NCBI RefSeq assembly: GCF_000010065.1
Contig: NC_006576.1
Location: forward strand, 1,140,001 to 1,172,000
From: Synechococcus elongatus PCC 6301
GTDB taxonomy: Bacteria > Cyanobacteriota > Cyanobacteriia > Synechococcales > Synechococcaceae
Length of the DNA: 32,000 nt
Reading direction: 5' to 3'
Under the pieces are notes generated by a model that searched no databases, had not been told where the DNA came from, and worked only from the letters and a program-made list of their open reading frames with translations. Made by a program: the position numbers and the translations under genes. This document shows positions 1 to 8,567 of this stretch, piece after piece. Numbering within the stretch: the stretch's first letter is position 1; every line of letters begins with the position of its first letter.

Positions 1-55
1 CCAGCGGAGTTTGGCAAGGGTTAGGGCAAGAACGCTCTATGTCAAAATGTGAAGC

Positions 56-1003
56 GTGAGAATTCTTGATGACCTAGACCCAGTTTCTGGTCCCACTGCG
101 ATCGCGCTGGGCAACTTTGATGGCATCCACCTAGGGCATCAGCAAGTCATCGCGCCGGTTCGGGCAGCTCATCGCAGCCATCCCGACTGGATGCCGTCGG
201 TGGTGACCTTCAACCCCCACCCCCAAGCTTTCTTCTCCGGCGATCGCCTGCCCTCCATTACCCCCGTTGCTGAAAAGGCAGAACTGCTGCAAGGGTTGGG
301 CATCGAACAGTTGGTCTTGCTGCCCTTCACCCGCGAGCTGGCCAACCTGACGCCCGAACAGTTTGTCTCAGAGGTATTGGTTCAACACCTCCAAGCGAGG
401 CAAATTAGCGTTGGCCAAGATTTTCGGTTTGGGCGAGGACGGAGCGGCTCGGCGCAGGATCTGCAAGCGATTGCCCAGGGCCGAGGTATTCCCACCACGA
501 TCGTGCCGCTGTTTAAGCACCGTGACTTGCGGGTCAGCAGCTCTGCGATTCGCAAAGCCCTCGACCAAGGTCAGCCTGAGCTGGCAGCGGCTTGGTTAGG
601 ACGCCCCTATCGCCTGACCGGTTGTGTGATTCTGGGACAGCAGCTCGGACGGCAATTGGGGACACCAACTGCCAATCTCCAGCTTCCGGCCGATAAGTTG
701 TTGCCCCGTTGGGGAGTCTATGCTGGCCGCGCTCATCTACCCGAGCAAGGACTGCACAATTTACCCGCCGTGCTGAATGTCGGTCAGCGACCCACCGTAA
801 CTGGCGATCGTAGCGTCAGTGTCGAAGTCCATCTTCTGGACTGGCAGGGCGATTGCTACGGTCAGCTGCTGCAGGTTGATCTGCTGCACTTTTTGCGACC
901 TGAACAGAAATTTGACTCGCTCAGTGCTTTGACGCAGCAAATTCAGCAAGACTGTCGCTTGGCGCGATCGCAGCTTGCAACAGAGTCATCGAGCTTGGCT
1001 TGA
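56..1003 (+). CDS. ribF: Bifunctional riboflavin kinase / FAD synthetase
   Basis: ORF 315 aa with GTG start; nucleotidyltransferase motif ALGNFDGIHLGHQQVI, ISSSAIRKAL-like segment (VSSSAIRKALDQG), and riboflavin kinase segment LGTPTANLQLP...WGVYAG. Confidence 0.95.
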   Translation: MRILDDLDPVSGPTAIALGNFDGIHLGHQQVIAPVRAAHRSHPDWMPSVVTFNPHPQAFFSGDRLPSITPVAEKAELLQGLGIEQLVLLPFTRELANLTPEQFVSEVLVQHLQARQISVGQDFRFGRGRSGSAQDLQAIAQGRGIPTTIVPLFKHRDLRVSSSAIRKALDQGQPELAAAWLGRPYRLTGCVILGQQLGRQLGTPTANLQLPADKLLPRWGVYAGRAHLPEQGLHNLPAVLNVGQRPTVTGDRSVSVEVHLLDWQGDCYGQLLQVDLLHFLRPEQKFDSLSALTQQIQQDCRLARSQLATESSSLA

Positions 1004-1042
1004 GGCGGCAAGTGCGAGCTGGCCGCGATTGCTCAGAGGAAT

Positions 1043-1180
1043 TTAGAAGCTGTAGGCGGCATTGAGACCCCAGAGGATCAGCAGACCAATGCTGCCAAGA
1101 ATCAGGACAGCCGATAAGCCGATCGCCAAGGGATTGTCAGCGCCTTGGAACTTCATGATGCCGCGGTTGAGATCGGACAT
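1043..1180 (-). CDS. Small conserved-looking single-TM protein (45 aa), function unknown; possibly a photosynthetic/NDH complex small subunit
   Basis: Manual reverse-strand translation: MSDLNRGIMKFQGADNPLAIGLSAVLILGSIGLLILWGLNAAYSF*. One hydrophobic helix; below the cutoff of the ORF track. Confidence 0.75.
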   Translation of the reverse strand: MSDLNRGIMKFQGADNPLAIGLSAVLILGSIGLLILWGLNAAYSF

Positions 1181-1201
1181 AGTTTTGCAAGAACAACAAC
1201 G

Positions 1202-1245
1202 ATGATTAGCGGTGTTTATCACTACCTCTAGTGTTCGCTAATCAT
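1202..1245. repeat. Nested inverted repeat upstream of the 45-aa gene
   Basis: Outer arms ATGATTAGCG (1202-1211) / CGCTAATCAT (1236-1245), inner arms CACTA (1220-1224) / TAGTG (1229-1233), all perfectly complementary. Confidence 0.7.
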
Positions 1246-1346
1246 TTCTAAATCGCAACCCTTGAACCAGTGATCCCACGGGATCATCACCCTAGAGCGA
1301 TCGCATCTTTATAAAAACTGGGTCAAAGTCGCACTGTCGTCTTTTT

Positions 1347-1377
1347 TCAACGCATCAAAGCTTAAGATCTGCGTTGA
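1347..1377. repeat. Inverted repeat, 8-bp arms with 15-nt spacer
   Basis: TCAACGCA (1347-1354) / TGCGTTGA (1370-1377), directly downstream of the GGDEF gene (minus strand). Confidence 0.55.
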
Positions 1378-1439
1378 TTTCCGTCCTAGAGTCAATCTCT
1401 GCTGAATACTCAGAAGTTTAGCGATACAAGCGGCCAAAG

Positions 1440-3500
1440 TTAGGCAAAGGGGATAACGCGATCGCGGCCGGATTGTTTACCTTGATACATCGCCGCATCA
1501 GCCCGAGCGATGAGTGTATCAATCGTTTCGGCAGGCTGAATCAGCGTGACACCAATCGTCATGGTCTGAGCTACACATCCTGCGTCTGTAGAAATAGGCT
1601 GAGCAACCACATAACGCAACTTCTCCGCGATCACTACTGCATTTTTGAGCGAGTGAACACCTTGCAAAACGACTAGAAATTCATCACCACCAATCCGTGC
1701 TGCAAAATCATTGCTACGAATCGCTAACTTGATCCGTCTTGCCACAACTTGAAGGACTGTATCACCAGCAAGATGACCAAAGTGATCGTTGACATCTTTG
1801 AAGCAATCTAGGTCACAAAATAGAACAGCAAATTCTTTCCCATGACGGCGATCGAGAGCACAAAGGGCTTGAATCCGGGCGATCGCTTCTCGACGATTAA
1901 TGAGTCCTGTTAATTCATCCGTTTTTGCCTGACGTGACAACTCTTGTTCAGTATATTTTTGACTAGTGATATCGACATTAACACCCATAACGCTCAATGG
2001 TCGACCCTCATCATCGTAGGACATGACTTTGCCACGATCGAGAATCCAACGATAAGAACCATCTCGATGTTGAATTCGATATTCTGTGGTGTAATTAGGT
2101 TGACTTTGATCAGTAAAGTTGACCTTAAGATTCTGTTCTATCAAGAGGATGTCTTCAGGATGAAGACGCTGCCACCATTCATCAAGCCTGTCAGACCAAT
2201 CTCCCTCTTGATAACCAAGTTGCTTGAGCAATCCTGGCGAGTAAAAAGCAGTTTGTGTTCTTAAATCAGCTTCATAAATAGCAATATCACCTGCACCCAT
2301 AGCAAACTCCCAACGCTGTGCTAGCTGCTGGTAACGCTCCTTAGACTCAGCAAGCTGTTGTGCTGCCTGGTAGCGATCGGTCACATCGCGCCATGTATAG
2401 CTCAACGCATTATCGACTCGGACAGCCCGAATATCAAAGCGACGCTCTTCGTTATAAATATCATGGGGATAAGCATAGTCATTGAGAATTAATGGCTCAA
2501 AACTTTGCATCGTCTGTATGTAATGATCCAGCAAACCGCTGGCCTTGTGAGCAGGTAGGATTTCAAGCAGTGTCTTCCCAATGAGTTGCTCACGAGTCAT
2601 TTGGTTATAAAGGCATGCCGCAGGGTTGGCATCTGTGTAGCGAAAATCGACAATATTACCCTTGTCATCCCAAATCGCAGTTAGTAAAACATGAGGATCA
2701 ATCAGTGAATCCATTACAGCTCTAAGTTGCGCTCGCTCCTCTCTCAATGCTTGTTGCGATCGCACCTGATCATGAATATCCCGAAAACCTTTGACAAATC
2801 CTATAGGCTGTCCTGCTTCATCCTTCACAGCTGCAACACGAATTGAAAACCAGCGATAATCACCATTTTTATGCCTTATGCGTATTGACTGTTCATGTTT
2901 AGTTGTATTTTCTTCAGGGAAAATAGCCTTAGCATACAGTGTCTCTAGTATGAAACGATCTTGAGAATGGATAAAGCTAGCGACTCTTGAGCCTATCCAA
3001 TCTTCCAAGCCCCCATCTAAGACCGATTGCAAAGAAGGTGAAACCCAGCGAATACAGTGATCAGGCTGAGCAAAAATCACAATATCTGAAGCATTTTCAG
3101 CCAGTAATCGGTAGCGTTCCTCAAGGTTTTTTTGAACTTTTATACTGCGTTGAATACGGATTGAAATCAGGACAGAGATTGTCGAGACAACAATGGTTGA
3201 CAATACAACAGAAAGATAATCAGCAGACAGAAAATATCCCCAGTAAAATCCTGCTAAAACTGTGAAAGCGAAAGCAAGAGCACTCAGCAAAAAAACTTGT
3301 CGAGGCGAGACAAAAAGAATACTTAAAACTACAGGAACCCAATAGTAGGGCTGTAAACTAATAGCAGCTGAAAGATAAAAATCCAGCCCTAAAATAGCAA
3401 CCTGACTAGTTAGCAAACAGAGTAAGTAACGATACCTATAGATCTTCCAGCGAAGAATTTTCAAGGGTCGACACCATCCTGCCATAATTGATTCCTTCAT
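1440..3500 (-). CDS. Membrane-anchored PAS-domain diguanylate cyclase (GGDEF)
   Basis: 686 aa; N-terminal hydrophobic helices, PAS-like repeats (ERYRLLAENASDIVIF, LRAVMDSLIDPHVLL, WEFAMGAGDIAIYEAD), GGDEF motif AARIGGDEFLVVL with upstream RxxD (RSND). Confidence 0.93.
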   Translation of the reverse strand: MKESIMAGWCRPLKILRWKIYRYRYLLCLLTSQVAILGLDFYLSAAISLQPYYWVPVVLSILFVSPRQVFLLSALAFAFTVLAGFYWGYFLSADYLSVVLSTIVVSTISVLISIRIQRSIKVQKNLEERYRLLAENASDIVIFAQPDHCIRWVSPSLQSVLDGGLEDWIGSRVASFIHSQDRFILETLYAKAIFPEENTTKHEQSIRIRHKNGDYRWFSIRVAAVKDEAGQPIGFVKGFRDIHDQVRSQQALREERAQLRAVMDSLIDPHVLLTAIWDDKGNIVDFRYTDANPAACLYNQMTREQLIGKTLLEILPAHKASGLLDHYIQTMQSFEPLILNDYAYPHDIYNEERRFDIRAVRVDNALSYTWRDVTDRYQAAQQLAESKERYQQLAQRWEFAMGAGDIAIYEADLRTQTAFYSPGLLKQLGYQEGDWSDRLDEWWQRLHPEDILLIEQNLKVNFTDQSQPNYTTEYRIQHRDGSYRWILDRGKVMSYDDEGRPLSVMGVNVDITSQKYTEQELSRQAKTDELTGLINRREAIARIQALCALDRRHGKEFAVLFCDLDCFKDVNDHFGHLAGDTVLQVVARRIKLAIRSNDFAARIGGDEFLVVLQGVHSLKNAVVIAEKLRYVVAQPISTDAGCVAQTMTIGVTLIQPAETIDTLIARADAAMYQGKQSGRDRVIPFA

Positions 3501-3835
3501 AAGAATTCTATTTTAAGGACAAGATATGCTGGTTTTTACCATAGCTTTTTTAGATTTAAACTGCCACTTACGTAAATCTTGTGATCGCTACAACCAGAGT
3601 GGCAACCTAGTGAGCAGAACTAAGCCGTTGACTGTCTTCAAAGCAGCGCTGGTAGAGCCGAGGGACTCCCTCTCTGTCGTTATCTCCGGCCATGAATAGC
3701 AAGTCTATGACGCAATTATCACACTCAATTGTTTAATTGCTCAAGAAGGAATTTTCTATTTTTCGTACTTCTGACGCTAGAGCGCCCAGCAAAGAAAGCG
3801 CTACGGTGAAAAGCAGATTTCGCTGAGCTGCTGCC

Positions 3836-5215
3836 ATGACTGCTGTCGTTCTCCCTGCTGCCGCTGAAACGCTGGCTGCTTTACAAGCAACCTTTGATCG
3901 GGGGGATACACGCACGCTCGCCTTCCGACTGGCGCGATTACAGGATCTGGCCAAGCTAGTTGCTGACAATGAAGCGGAGCTATTGCAAGCCTTGGCGTCA
4001 GACCTCCGCAAACCAGCACTGGAAGCCTACGCCAGTGAGATTTATTTCGTGCGCGACCAAATCAAACTGACCTGCAAGCATCTGCGGCGCTGGATGCAAC
4101 CCGAGAAGCAGTCGATTTCCTTGATGCAGCAGCCTGGCCAGGCCTATCGCCAAGCAGAACCGCTCGGAGTCGTGCTGATCATTGGCCCCTGGAACTATCC
4201 CTTTCAGCTGCTCATCACGCCGTTGATTGGGGCGATCGCGGCGGGAAATTGTGCCGTACTCAAACCATCGGAACTGGCTCCCGCGACTTCCAGCCTGATT
4301 CAGCGACTGATCAGCGATCGCTTTGACCCTGATTACATCCGCGTTTTAGAAGGCGATGCTAGCGTTAGCCAAGCCCTGATTACTCAGCCCTTCGATCACA
4401 TCTTCTTCACTGGCGGCACGGCGATCGGGCGAAAAGTGATGGCTGCTGCGGCCGAAAACCTGACGCCCGTCACCCTCGAGTTGGGCGGTAAGTCACCCTG
4501 CATTGTTGATACCGATATCGACCTCGATGTGGCCGCCCGTCGCATCGCCTGGGGCAAATTCTTCAACGCCGGTCAAACCTGCATTGCGCCTGACTATTTG
4601 TTGGTGCAACGCACGGTCGCAGAGCCGTTCATTGAAGCGCTGATCGACAACATCCAGCAGTTCTATGGCGAGGATCCGCAACAGAGTGCTGACTACGCCC
4701 GCATTGTCAGCGATCGCCACTGGCAAAGGCTAAATAGCCTGTTGGTTGATGGCACGATTCGCCATGGTGGTCAGGTGGATAGGAGCGATCGCTACATCGC
4801 ACCGACTTTAATTACGGACGTCAACTGGCGCGATCCCATCCTGCAAGAGGAGATTTTTGGGCCCCTCTTGCCGATTTTGATTTACGACCAATTGGATGAG
4901 GCGATCGCCCAAATTCGTGCCCAGCCCAAGCCCCTCGCGCTCTATCTATTCAGCCGCGATCGCCAAGTGCAAGAGCGCGTCCTAGCGGAAACCAGCGCCG
5001 GTAGCGTCTGCCTCAACGACACGATCCTGCAGGTCGGCGTCCCCGATGCTGCTTTTGGTGGGGTCGGCCCCAGCGGCATGGGCGGCTATCACGGCAAAGC
5101 CAGTTTCGAAACCTTCAGTCACTACAAGCTGGTGCTCAAGCGACCGTTTTGGCTCGATCTGGCCCTGCGCTATCCGCCCTACGGCGACAAGATCAACCTC
5201 TTCCGCAAGCTCTAG
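3836..5215 (+). CDS. Aldehyde dehydrogenase family protein
   Basis: 459 aa; LELGGKSP motif, catalytic Cys in FFNAGQTCIAPDY, EEIFGPLLP, GMGGYHGKASFETFSH typical of class 3-like ALDH. Confidence 0.95.
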   Translation: MTAVVLPAAAETLAALQATFDRGDTRTLAFRLARLQDLAKLVADNEAELLQALASDLRKPALEAYASEIYFVRDQIKLTCKHLRRWMQPEKQSISLMQQPGQAYRQAEPLGVVLIIGPWNYPFQLLITPLIGAIAAGNCAVLKPSELAPATSSLIQRLISDRFDPDYIRVLEGDASVSQALITQPFDHIFFTGGTAIGRKVMAAAAENLTPVTLELGGKSPCIVDTDIDLDVAARRIAWGKFFNAGQTCIAPDYLLVQRTVAEPFIEALIDNIQQFYGEDPQQSADYARIVSDRHWQRLNSLLVDGTIRHGGQVDRSDRYIAPTLITDVNWRDPILQEEIFGPLLPILIYDQLDEAIAQIRAQPKPLALYLFSRDRQVQERVLAETSAGSVCLNDTILQVGVPDAAFGGVGPSGMGGYHGKASFETFSHYKLVLKRPFWLDLALRYPPYGDKINLFRKL

Positions 5216-5235
5216 TGGCTACAAGCGATCGTGCT

Positions 5236-6564
5236 TTACCAGCCGGATTCGTCGAATTGCAGCGCTTGCCCCCGCACCGACTCATTAAACTGGCCGCGAT
5301 CGTAGACGATCTGACCGCCAACGATGGTCACCTGCGGCCAGCCGGTTAGGTTCCAGCCCTCAAAGGGGCTCCAGCCGCACTTAGTCTGCAGATCTTCTCG
5401 CCGCACTAGTTGGTAGCGATCGAGATCGACCAGCACCAAGTCAGCATCATAGCCGGGCTCAATCTTGCCTTTGTTTGCGATGCCGAAGATTTTGGCCACA
5501 TTAGTCGACATCCACTGGGCAACTTGCGCCACCGTGCAGCGGCCCTTTTGCGCTTCGGTCAGCATCAGCGGCAAGGAAGTTTCAACCCCCGGCATGCCCG
5601 AAGGGCAATTGGGATAGGGCTGGGCTTTTTCCTCAAGGGTGTGGGGTGCGTGATCGGTCGCAATGCAGTCAATCACACCATCGAGCAGCGCTTGCCAGAG
5701 CACTTCGTTGTCCCATCGCGTCCGCAAGGGCGGGTTCATCTGCGCGAGACTGCCGATCTCGTAGTAGGCATCGCGGTTGAGCAGCAAATGCTGTGGTGTC
5801 ACCTCCGTCGTCACCCAAGCTGGCTTGTCCTGCCGTAGCAGCAGCGCTTCGTCACCGGTTGAGAGGTGGAGGATATGCAGCCGCCGCTGGTATTTCTTCG
5901 AGAGTTTGAGCGCCAGACGGGTCGCCAGCAAGGCCGCTTCATTGTCTTGAATGGCGGAATGGAGATCCGGCACGTGGGGGCCCGCCAGCATGAACTCACG
6001 GCGCGCCAAAATGCGTGGCTGATCCTCCGCATGCACCGCAATCAGGCGCCGTCCCGCTGCAAAAATCGGCTCCAGTTCGGGTTCTGTCGGCACCATCAGC
6101 GGGCTGTGAGAGGCCCCCATGAAAATCTTGATGCCACAGGTGGGTGTCGCCGTATGCAGGTCGGGATGATTCTCTGGCGTCGCACCAATGAAGAAGGCGT
6201 AGTTGACGAGGCTTTTCTCTGCTGCGATCGCCAGCTTCTCTGTCAGGATTGCCTGGGTCGTCGTCAGCGGCTTGGTGTTGGGCATCTCCATAAAGCTGGT
6301 GACACCACCCCGCGCACAGGCGCGGCTAGCCGTGTGCAAATCTTCTTTGTGGGTCAAGCCCGGATCCCGAAAGTGCACCTGTGGATCGATCACGCCCGGG
6401 AGTAACGCCAGTCCTTCAGCCTGCACTTCCGGCGTATCGTCACTTGCGGCAGGCAACTGATCTGCGATCGCGACGATCTTGCCAGCCCGAACCTCGACAT
6501 CGGCCAGTTGCCACTCTCCTGTGGGCAAGAGCACTCGGGCGTTACGAATCCAGAGGTCGCTCAT
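5236..6564 (-). CDS. pyrC: Dihydroorotase (class I type, QVH variant)
   Basis: 442 aa; GVIDPQVHFRDPGLTHKEDL, GIKIFMG lysine, VHAED, LHILHLST, ATDHAPH motifs. Confidence 0.9.
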   Translation of the reverse strand: MSDLWIRNARVLLPTGEWQLADVEVRAGKIVAIADQLPAASDDTPEVQAEGLALLPGVIDPQVHFRDPGLTHKEDLHTASRACARGGVTSFMEMPNTKPLTTTQAILTEKLAIAAEKSLVNYAFFIGATPENHPDLHTATPTCGIKIFMGASHSPLMVPTEPELEPIFAAGRRLIAVHAEDQPRILARREFMLAGPHVPDLHSAIQDNEAALLATRLALKLSKKYQRRLHILHLSTGDEALLLRQDKPAWVTTEVTPQHLLLNRDAYYEIGSLAQMNPPLRTRWDNEVLWQALLDGVIDCIATDHAPHTLEEKAQPYPNCPSGMPGVETSLPLMLTEAQKGRCTVAQVAQWMSTNVAKIFGIANKGKIEPGYDADLVLVDLDRYQLVRREDLQTKCGWSPFEGWNLTGWPQVTIVGGQIVYDRGQFNESVRGQALQFDESGW

Positions 6565-6707
6565 GCAAACTGTTCCTTTCCACGTGCTATGCCGAGCCTA
6601 GGCGAGGCAGCAAGCGATTGGCAATGAGATTCAGTCAGCGAGGCGGGGAACTCACGGGCTAGGATGTGCATCATCATCTTCCATGCCAAGGCTGACTTCT
6701 GAACTTC

Positions 6708-7370
6708 ATGGCTAAACCAGAAACGTCGTCTACTTCCACGGCTAGCTCTGACACCCCTAGCCCGAAGAAGGAGAACGTCTGGCTCGAGAATGCCAAAACC
6801 CTCGGACTGAGCATCATTTTTGCCCTAGGGATTCGGCAGTTCGTCGCCGAGGCTCGCTACATTCCCTCGGGTTCGATGCTGCCTACCCTGCAGATCAACG
6901 ATCGCCTGATCATTGACAAGGTTAGCTATCGCTTCAATCCGCCGCAGCGGGGCGACATCATTGTCTTTGAACCGCCCTTTGCTTTGCGGAAACGGGGCTA
7001 CGACGATGCTTTTATCAAACGGGTGATTGGCCTCCCCGGCGACACTGTCGAAGTCCGAGATGGCCAAGTTTATGTCAATGGCAAAGTCCTGAATGAGAAT
7101 TACATCGCCCAAGAGCCCAGCTACACCTGGGGACCCAAAACCGTGCCTGCCAATAGCTACCTTGTGTTGGGCGACAACCGCAACAACAGCTACGACAGCC
7201 ACTATTGGGGATTTGTCCCGGAAAACAAAATCATCGGTAAAGCCCTCGTGCGTTTTTGGCCGCTCAACCGCTTGGGGGAAGTAGAACCTCTGCCCAGCTA
7301 CCAAAAAACGCCACCCATCACGCCCCTAGGCTGGCGGTTGCCACACCCGACCCACCAGCGTTTGTCCTAG
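6708..7370 (+). CDS. lepB: Signal peptidase I
   Basis: 220 aa; catalytic Ser in PSGSMLPTL, catalytic Lys in [25 protein letters not shown] box; N-terminal TM. Confidence 0.95.
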   Translation: MAKPETSSTSTASSDTPSPKKENVWLENAKTLGLSIIFALGIRQFVAEARYIPSGSMLPTLQINDRLIIDKVSYRFNPPQRGDIIVFEPPFALRKRGYDDAFIKRVIGLPGDTVEVRDGQVYVNGKVLNENYIAQEPSYTWGPKTVPANSYLVLGDNRNNSYDSHYWGFVPENKIIGKALVRFWPLNRLGEVEPLPSYQKTPPITPLGWRLPHPTHQRLS

Positions 7371-8561
7371 GAGATGGGTGTTGCGGGCTTGCGATCGCAG
7401 GCTCGTCTCACTCACAGTCCAGGTCTGGTGCGGGTCAAACACCGTGACGCGATCGCCCAGTTCCAGCGATCGTGGCGTTTCACCCAAACACTGTTGTGGC
7501 CCTGTCGAAAGTCGCTGCCAGAGTGTCAGCGGCGACCAGCCTGCTTCAACCACCAGTGTTTGCCAAAGCTGGGGTAACGCCAATTCCAGCCCGATCGCAC
7601 CGGCTGGAGCCTCACCAAAAGCAACCGTTTTCTCTTCGTAGAGGTAGGGACTGTGATCGACGGCGATCGCGGTAATCACACCTTCTTGAACCGCTTGCTG
7701 AAGCGCCAGTTGTTCTTCCGGTTCCGGCAGTGGCGGCGCTAGGCGCAGGTTGGGATCATAATCCGTGAGGTCGGCAGTATTTCCCAGCAAATGCAACCAA
7801 GTGACGCTGGCCGTAATTGGCAGGCCTCGCTGCTGGGCTTGGGCGATCAATTCGACGCTACGCGCTGTCGAAACTCGCATCAAATGTATGGGTGTCAGGC
7901 AATCAGCGAGTAGCTCTAGCAGCAGTGCTAAGGCAGCAGTTTCCGAACTTTGGGGATCGACCGGCAAGCCCCAACGCAATGCCAAACTGCCCTGACGGGC
8001 CCGTCCTTTGCCGCGCAACTGGCGATCGCAGGGCCAGATCAACAAAGGCCGATCGAGGCTGTGACTGTAGAGCAACAATTGCCGTAGAAAGGCAGGATTG
8101 GCCAGTGGCTGGCCATCGCCAAAGCCGATCGCTCCAGCAGCAGCCAACTCTGCCAATTCACTGAGTTGTTCACCTTGCCCTTGCCGAGAATAGGCCGCCC
8201 AGTAGTCGAACTGCACGCCGTTAAACTGGTGCGATCGCGCACTGAGTGTCTCAGCTTGATCGAGCCAGGGATCACCTTCGGGTAAGAGTACAACCCGACC
8301 AAAGCCACCCGCCGCTGCTGCTGCTGCCAAACTGGCAAAAGTTTCGCGGGGTTCTGCACCCGGTTCGCCAGCGCGACTGTAGAGATCGGTCAGAGTTGGA
8401 CCCAGAATCCAATCGGAGGCAGCATGAATTCGATCATCCGGTTGGGGATCGAGGTGATCTGAGATCGCGACTAGGCAGCCGTTTTCGATCCGCACATCGC
8501 AATGACGATCCGCTGCGATCGCCGGATCTAGCACCCGAATTTGATGCAACAGATCGGCCAT
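7326..8561 (-). CDS. Dihydroorotase-like protein, probably catalytically inactive
   Basis: 411 aa with amidohydrolase/dihydroorotase layout ([21 protein letters not shown]..., [26 protein letters not shown]) but the HxH, Lys and other ligand positions are altered. Confidence 0.85.
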   Translation of the reverse strand: MADLLHQIRVLDPAIAADRHCDVRIENGCLVAISDHLDPQPDDRIHAASDWILGPTLTDLYSRAGEPGAEPRETFASLAAAAAAGGFGRVVLLPEGDPWLDQAETLSARSHQFNGVQFDYWAAYSRQGQGEQLSELAELAAAGAIGFGDGQPLANPAFLRQLLLYSHSLDRPLLIWPCDRQLRGKGRARQGSLALRWGLPVDPQSSETAALALLLELLADCLTPIHLMRVSTARSVELIAQAQQRGLPITASVTWLHLLGNTADLTDYDPNLRLAPPLPEPEEQLALQQAVQEGVITAIAVDHSPYLYEEKTVAFGEAPAGAIGLELALPQLWQTLVVEAGWSPLTLWQRLSTGPQQCLGETPRSLELGDRVTVFDPHQTWTVSETSLRSQARNTHLLGQTLVGRVWQPPA

Positions 8562-8567
8562 GACTGC

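Noticed and set aside
1251-1300. Possible tRNA-like T-arm (GGTTCAAGGG on the minus strand)
   Set aside because: I could not assemble acceptor, D and anticodon arms around it; most likely chance similarity.
2987-3265. 92-aa plus-strand ORF within the GGDEF gene
   Set aside because: Antisense to PAS-encoding sequence with no supporting motif or independent gene context.
5866-6405. 179-aa ORF antisense to pyrC
   Set aside because: Shadow ORF opposite a strongly supported dihydroorotase; no motifs and biased composition.
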